Shown here in pieces: positions 40,193 through 44,007 of a stretch of 44,007 bases of DNA (position 1 is the stretch's first letter; every line of letters starts with the position of its first letter). A program made the position numbers and the translations under genes. Source of the stretch: an uncultured Planctomycetia bacterium (lineage in GTDB: Bacteria; Omnitrophota; Gorgyraeia; 2-02-FULL-51-18); assembly GCA_964543965.1 (NCBI GenBank), contig CAZJAX010000001.1:1-44007 (forward strand), in the 5' to 3' direction. The notes under the pieces were generated by a model. That model was not told the origin of the DNA. It made no database searches and was given only the letters and a program-made list of their open reading frames with translations.

Positions 40193-41908
40193 ATGGAAAA
40201 TAAACCGTATCTCGTCATCGCGCGTAAATACCGCCCCCAGGGTTTTGACACCGTCATCGGGCAGGACGCCGTTACCACGACGCTGAAGAACGCCATCAGC
40301 ACCAACCGCATCGGTCACGCCTACCTTTTTACCGGCCCGCGCGGCGTCGGCAAGACCTCCATGGCGCGCATTTTCGCCAAAGCGCTCAATTGCAAGAGCG
40401 GCCCGACGCCGAACCCCTGCGGCAAATGCCAGACGTGCCTTGAGATCGAGCAGAGCCGTTCGCTTGACGTGATGGAGATCGACGGCGCCTCCAACCGCGG
40501 CATCGACGAGATCCGCGCGCTTCGCGAAAATGTGCGCTTCGCGCCCGCCTCCGGAAAATACAAAATTTACATCATCGACGAAGTGCATCAGATCACGACC
40601 GACGCGTTCAACGCGCTCCTCAAGACCCTCGAGGAGCCGCCCGCGTACGTGAAGTTCATCTTCGCGACGACGTCCGCGCAGAAGGTGCCGGCGACCATCC
40701 TTTCGCGCTGCCAGCGTTTCGATTTCCGCCGCATCCCGGCCGAAAAGATCGTCGCGGCGCTCAAAGACATCGCCAAGAACGAAAAGATCAAGATCGATGA
40801 AGAAGCGCTCTACGTCATCGCGCAGGCCGCCGACGGCAGTCTCCGAGACAGCCAGTCCATCCTCGACCAGATCGCTTCCTCTTCCCAGGAAAAGATCACT
40901 AAAAAGGATGTCGTCTTTTCTCTCGGCGCGCTCGAGGACGAAAAGCTTTTTGAGCTGACCGACGCGCTGGCCCAGCGCAAGGCCAAGGAAGCTCTCGAGA
41001 TCCTCGACGGGATCCTCAACGAAGGCAAGGACCCGTCGCTCTTCCTCGAAAAACTGCTCGAGCACGTGCGCAACCTCCTTTTCATGCAGGTCTCAGGCAC
41101 GCTCGCCGATCTCATCGACTCGGGCGAGTCCTACAAAAAGATGCTCGCCAAGCAGAAAGATTCCTTTTCTAAAGAGGATCTTTTCTACTTTTTCAGCGTC
41201 ATCATGAACACGCTTCAGATCACGCGGCGCTTCGAGATGAAGCGCATTCCCATCGAGATGGCGCTCATCAAGCTCGCGCACCGCGCACCCATGGAAGACC
41301 TCTCCGAGGCGATCGCTTTTCTGCGCTCCCAAGAAAAAAAAACTCTTCTAGCTGAAGCGCCCGCGGCCCGCGGTCCCGCGGCGCCGAAAGCGGCAGCGCC
41401 CCAGACGCCGCCGGCCGCCAAGCCTGCGCCCGCAAAACCCGTTTCCTCCAAAATGGACGATGACGACGATATCCCCGAGATCGAAGAGCTTCCGGCCGAA
41501 GATCTCGAGATCGTCCCGAAGAACCGCGCGGGCGCGGGCGCTTCGCTCGATTCGATCTGGCAGCCGCTGATCGCGGCCCTCAAGACCGAAAAAATGTCCG
41601 TCGCATCTTATCTGGCCGAAGGCGAGCCGCTTCATTTCAAAGACGGCGTGGCGCTCTTGGCGTTTCCGCAGAAATTCAATTTTCACAAGGAGACTCTCGA
41701 AGTCCCCGACAACAAAAAGCTCATCGAAAAACATCTGTCGCGTCTGCTGGGTCAGGATGCGCGCATCGAGTTTCAGATGGTCAAGGAAGTCTCGGGTAAA
41801 AACTCGGCCGGTTTTGCCGCCGCCGCGGAAGCGCCGCCTTCACCCGAAGTGGACAACGCGCTTAAGTCCGCGATGAACCTATTCGGCGGGCGAGTCGTGG
41901 ACCGCTAG
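40193..41908 (+). CDS. dnaX: DNA polymerase III subunits gamma/tau
   Basis: YRPQGFDTVIGQD, GPRGVGKTS (Walker A), the Zn module CGKCQTCLEI, IIDEVH (Walker B) and SRCQRFDFRRI (sensor) are present. Confidence 0.95.
   Translation: MENKPYLVIARKYRPQGFDTVIGQDAVTTTLKNAISTNRIGHAYLFTGPRGVGKTSMARIFAKALNCKSGPTPNPCGKCQTCLEIEQSRSLDVMEIDGASNRGIDEIRALRENVRFAPASGKYKIYIIDEVHQITTDAFNALLKTLEEPPAYVKFIFATTSAQKVPATILSRCQRFDFRRIPAEKIVAALKDIAKNEKIKIDEEALYVIAQAADGSLRDSQSILDQIASSSQEKITKKDVVFSLGALEDEKLFELTDALAQRKAKEALEILDGILNEGKDPSLFLEKLLEHVRNLLFMQVSGTLADLIDSGESYKKMLAKQKDSFSKEDLFYFFSVIMNTLQITRRFEMKRIPIEMALIKLAHRAPMEDLSEAIAFLRSQEKKTLLAEAPAARGPAAPKAAAPQTPPAAKPAPAKPVSSKMDDDDDIPEIEELPAEDLEIVPKNRAGAGASLDSIWQPLIAALKTEKMSVASYLAEGEPLHFKDGVALLAFPQKFNFHKETLEVPDNKKLIEKHLSRLLGQDARIEFQMVKEVSGKNSAGFAAAAEAPPSPEVDNALKSAMNLFGGRVVDR
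41334..41342 (+). promoter_or_regulatory. A9 homopolymer inside dnaX; candidate slippage/frameshift site for a gamma-like short product
   Basis: Sequence G AAA AAA AAA C. The -1 frame reaches TGA at 41353-41355. The +1 frame reaches TAG at 41349-41351. Three CCGCGG palindromes follow. Confidence 0.4.
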
Positions 41909-41912
41909 TACG

Positions 41913-42509
41913 ATGCCGTATCCCGAGTCGATGGTGCAGCTGATCGAAGAATTCGCCAAGATGCCGGGCGTCGGCCGCCGCACCGCCGAGCGCTTCGCGA
42001 TGTACATCCTTTCGGCATCGCCGGAGTCCGTCGAGGCGCTCTCCGAGCTCGTGCTGCGCGTCCACAAAAACATCCACGCCTGTCAGGAATGCTACAACCT
42101 AAGCGAAGCGCCTGTCTGCCACATTTGCGCCAATCCCGCGCGCGACCACGGCCTGATCTGCGTCGTGCAGGATCCCAAAGACGTGATCGCGATGGAGAAG
42201 GCGGGGGAGTTTCCGGGCATTTACCACGTGCTTATGGGCGCGCTCTCGCCGCTGGACGGCATCGGCCCCAAGGATCTGCGCGTCAAAGAACTGCTCGACC
42301 GCCTCAAGCGAGGCGGCGTGCGAGAGGTCGTCATCGGAACCAGCTCCGACACCGAGGGCGACGCCACTTCGGCGTACTTGATGAAGCAGCTTAAACCTTT
42401 AAAGGTCAAAGTCACGCGCCTGGCGCACGGCGTCCCCGTCGGCAGCGCGCTCGAATTCGTCGACAAGGCCACGCTTTCGCGAGCATTTCGGCATAGACAA
42501 GAAATTTAA
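41913..42509 (+). CDS. recR: Recombination protein RecR
   Basis: LIEEFAKMPGVGRRTAERFA (HhH), the C4 zinc finger CQECYNLSEAPVCHIC, and a Toprim region (VVQDPKDVIAME). Confidence 0.93.
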   Translation: MPYPESMVQLIEEFAKMPGVGRRTAERFAMYILSASPESVEALSELVLRVHKNIHACQECYNLSEAPVCHICANPARDHGLICVVQDPKDVIAMEKAGEFPGIYHVLMGALSPLDGIGPKDLRVKELLDRLKRGGVREVVIGTSSDTEGDATSAYLMKQLKPLKVKVTRLAHGVPVGSALEFVDKATLSRAFRHRQEI

Positions 42510-42585
42510 AATTTGCTAATCTAAATCATTGTTTTTTACGCAATCCTTTCCTGTGATTAGGGTTGCATGCTAAAAAGGAGATAAC

Positions 42586-43350
42586 ATGGGGATTTTAGGG
42601 TCTATCAAAAAAGGTTTTTCCGTCGCGGGATCGAGTGTCCCGGTGGCGCTCATCCTTTTTGTATTCGGCTTCGTCTTCAACGTCATCAACCTGATGATCA
42701 CCCCCGAAAACCAGGACCCCAACACGCCGCCCTCGGTTCCCATGATCGCCGTCGGCATCGCGTTTATCCTTATCACTGTCTTCATGCAGGGCGCTTCGAT
42801 GGCCTATGTCCGCAATAAGATCAAGCAGTCCTCTGCCGCGCTCGGCGATTTTTTCTCGAGCGGCATGCATTTTTATATCAGGATATTCGTGCTATCGATC
42901 ATCATGGCTCTTATCATCGGCGTATTCGTCCTTGCCGCTGCGCTGGCTGTCGGCGCTCTCGGTGAATCGATGCGTCTGGTCGCTGCCGTGCTCGCCATCC
43001 TATCGGCGGCAATGGGCATCTTCGTCCTTCTCCTTTTCTTTTTCGCGCCTTACATCGTCGTCAATGAAGAGCTTGGCGTGATCGCCTCGCTCAAGCGCAG
43101 CGTCTCGCTGGTCCGCTCCAGCTTCATAAAAGTCATCGGCCTGGCTCTTCTTCTGATCCTCGCCGGTTTCCTGGTGGGCATCGTGATCGGTTTCGCCGTA
43201 GGTTTCGTATCACCGATGATGCCCCCGATGGCGTCCAAAATACTTTTCGCGTTCATCAGCAGCTTCGTGAACGCCTTCCTCGGCCTCTTCGTGACGTCGA
43301 GCTTTATGAGTTTTTACCTGAGCCGTTCTTCGTCCGCACCTTCGACTTAA
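42586..43350 (+). CDS. Polytopic membrane protein of unknown function
   Basis: 254 aa with about 6 TM segments. AAAGGAG ribosome-binding site. No family recognised. Confidence 0.55.
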   Translation: MGILGSIKKGFSVAGSSVPVALILFVFGFVFNVINLMITPENQDPNTPPSVPMIAVGIAFILITVFMQGASMAYVRNKIKQSSAALGDFFSSGMHFYIRIFVLSIIMALIIGVFVLAAALAVGALGESMRLVAAVLAILSAAMGIFVLLLFFFAPYIVVNEELGVIASLKRSVSLVRSSFIKVIGLALLLILAGFLVGIVIGFAVGFVSPMMPPMASKILFAFISSFVNAFLGLFVTSSFMSFYLSRSSSAPST

Positions 43351-43407
43351 GGAACCGTTCAAAGCCAAACTCTCCGAAGTTTCTGATATAATATAAAACT
43401 TAATCAC

Positions 43408-43426
43408 AAGTTTATTCCCTGGTAGC
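43408..43426 (+). repeat. Direct repeat copy A (8 nt of flank plus tRNA-Asn nt 1-11); tRNA nt 11-20 recur at 43442-43451
   Basis: 19/19 identical to 43711-43729. CTCAGCTGGT at 43442-43451 equals 43729-43738. Confidence 0.9.
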
Positions 43427-43428
43427 CT

Positions 43429-43442
43429 GCCTGCCGGCAGGC
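43429..43442. repeat. 14-nt perfect palindrome GCCTGCCGGCAGGC splitting the orphan tRNA-Asn 5' fragment
   Basis: Read directly. It shares the CCTGCCG/CGGCAGG core with the hairpin at 882-900. Confidence 0.85.
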
Positions 43443-43457
43443 TCAGCTGGTGACGCT

Positions 43458-43667
43458 ATGTATGTGTATGCATTGCAGAGCATTAAAGATAAAAATTTGT
43501 ACATCGGGCTTTCTCAGGATCCAAAGAGAAGATTAGACGAGCATAATTCAGGACAAAATAGATCTACAAAATCTAGAACTCCTTTTTGCCTCATCTATAT
43601 AGAAAAATGTGAAAATAGAAAGCTTGCTAGAAAAAGAGAATTAGAGTTAAAATCAGGCTCTGGTTGA
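43458..43667 (+). CDS. Small GIY-YIG nuclease family protein, 69 aa; C-terminus cut by an in-frame TGA relative to its paralog at 945-1190
   Basis: MYVYALQSIKDKNLYIGLS...RRLDEHNSG matches the GIY-YIG core. Read past the TGA, the frame continues EFLKHLTKL, which parallels RRFLDKVLRS in the paralog. Confidence 0.7.
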   Translation: MYVYALQSIKDKNLYIGLSQDPKRRLDEHNSGQNRSTKSRTPFCLIYIEKCENRKLARKRELELKSGSG

Positions 43668-43710
43668 GAGTTCTTGAAACACCTCACCAAATTAAATCCA
43701 ATAATATAAA

Positions 43711-43729
43711 AAGTTTATTCCCTGGTAGC
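43711..43729 (+). repeat. Direct repeat copy B (flank plus 5' end of the intact tRNA-Asn)
   Basis: 19/19 identical to 43408-43426. Confidence 0.9.
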
Positions 43730-43794
43730 TCAGCTGGTAGAGCGGTTCGCTGTTAACGAACATGTCGTAGGTTCGAGTCCTACCCAGGGAGCCA
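43719..43794 (+). tRNA. tRNA-Asn (anticodon GTT)
   Basis: Acceptor TCCCTGG/CCAGGGA, anticodon arm GTTCG-CTGTTAA-CGAAC, T arm GTAGG-TTCGAGT-CCTAC, and an encoded CCA. Confidence 0.9.
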
Positions 43795-43831
43795 TTTAGT
43801 CCTCTCATAAGGGTAAAACCGAGAGGACAAA

Positions 43832-43866
43832 AGCCCTGATTCACACAATGGATCAGGGCTTTTTTA
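43832..43866 (+). terminator. Rho-independent terminator
   Basis: The 9-bp stem AGCCCTGAT/ATCAGGGCT has an 11-nt loop and is followed by TTTTTAT. An extra hairpin GTCCTCTC...GAGAGGAC lies at 43798-43828. Confidence 0.8.
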
Positions 43867-44007
43867 TGTCTTTGAAACGTCGCGAGATGCGCGGTCTTCA
43901 AAGCTCATAAAATTCAAAATCTACGATTTTCCGGTTCGTCCGAAAAAGCCAGCCAACCACGCAGCGATTATTCTTCAGAATCTGGCTTTTTATCTCGAAT
44001 GTGGCTT

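Larger units (their letters stand above)
43408..43729 (+). mobile_element. Putative tRNA-Asn-associated GIY-YIG cassette, with the same architecture as 853-1197
   Basis: The 19-mer AAGTTTATTCCCTGGTAGC occurs at 43408-43426 and 43711-43729. tRNA nt 1-20 are duplicated upstream and interrupted by a 16-nt palindrome-bearing insert. The GIY-YIG ORF between them is AT-rich. Confidence 0.45.

Noticed and set aside
40184-41065. The 293-aa minus-strand ORF antisense to dnaX, and the other dnaX shadows up to 41734.
   Set aside because: dnaX is unambiguous (Walker A/B, Zn module, sensor motifs). The antisense translations are low complexity.
43665-43667. Possibility that TGA is recoded (code 4/25-like), given the in-frame TGA in the second GIY-YIG gene.
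   Set aside because: TGA clearly terminates several well-defined genes in this window (DoxX at 1828-1830, pstB copy 1 at 7532-7534, the ECF sigma at 14497-14499, PhyH at 28411-28413), at the positions expected from homologs. The standard code therefore applies.
43868-44007. Inverted repeats at the window end: CTTTGAA...TTCAAAG at ~43870-43894, and AAAAAGCCAG...CTGGCTTTTT at 43943-43991.
   Set aside because: They may be terminator-like structures or part of a gene that continues beyond the window. There is too little context at the edge to interpret them.

Overview
Bacterial chromosomal window, about 55% GC by eye, using the standard genetic code (TGA is a stop in many genes). The organism cannot be named from the sequence. 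A giant ORF, a minor-pilin cluster and many leaderless-type promoters would fit an uncultivated PVC/Omnitrophota-like lineage, but that is a guess.

Gene order:
- atpD (3' part) and a short atpC.
- A GIY-YIG cassette and tRNA-Asp.
- DoxX and a secreted thioredoxin-like protein.
- A porin-pstSCA-pstB-pstB-phoU operon.
- A HIT protein.
- A secreted MEMO-AMMECR1 fusion.
- An HTTM membrane protein with a small partner.
- A YgfZ-like folate-binding protein.
- A secreted K/E-rich repeat protein, an ECF sigma factor, an anti-sigma factor and a FecR-domain protein.
- A roughly 2,860-aa multi-module ORF.
- A REC-GAF-histidine-kinase hybrid and tRNA-Arg(ACG).
- A 2-aminoethylphosphonate (AEP) biosynthesis and activation cluster: SDR epimerase, PhyH dioxygenase, PEP mutase-NTase fusion, AEP transaminase-NTase fusion, split phosphonopyruvate decarboxylase and a CDP-alcohol phosphatidyltransferase.
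- glgP, tadA, tRNA-Ser and a Zn-ribbon methyltransferase.
- Four pilin-like genes.
- dnaX, recR and a polytopic membrane protein.
- A second GIY-YIG cassette and tRNA-Asn.

Most interesting observations:
1. The giant ORF. Its heterogeneous enzyme-like modules (Tiki/ChaN-like, SAM-MTase-like, PD-(D/E)xK-like, GHKL ATPase-like) are punctuated by a recurring G-[AS]-R-[LF]-A peptide motif. It sits inside an ECF-sigma/anti-sigma/FecR/hybrid-kinase neighbourhood.
2. Two AT-rich GIY-YIG cassettes. Each lies exactly 5' of a tRNA gene, is bounded by direct repeats containing the tRNA 5' end, and carries the same CCTGCC(G)...(C)GGCAGG palindrome.
3. An A9 tract in dnaX with stops close by in both alternative frames.
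4. Tandem pstB genes, one of which has degenerate catalytic loops.
5. A recurring '-10 hexamer, 6-10 nt, ATG' architecture with no Shine-Dalgarno sequence.

All family assignments come from motifs read by eye. No database search was possible.
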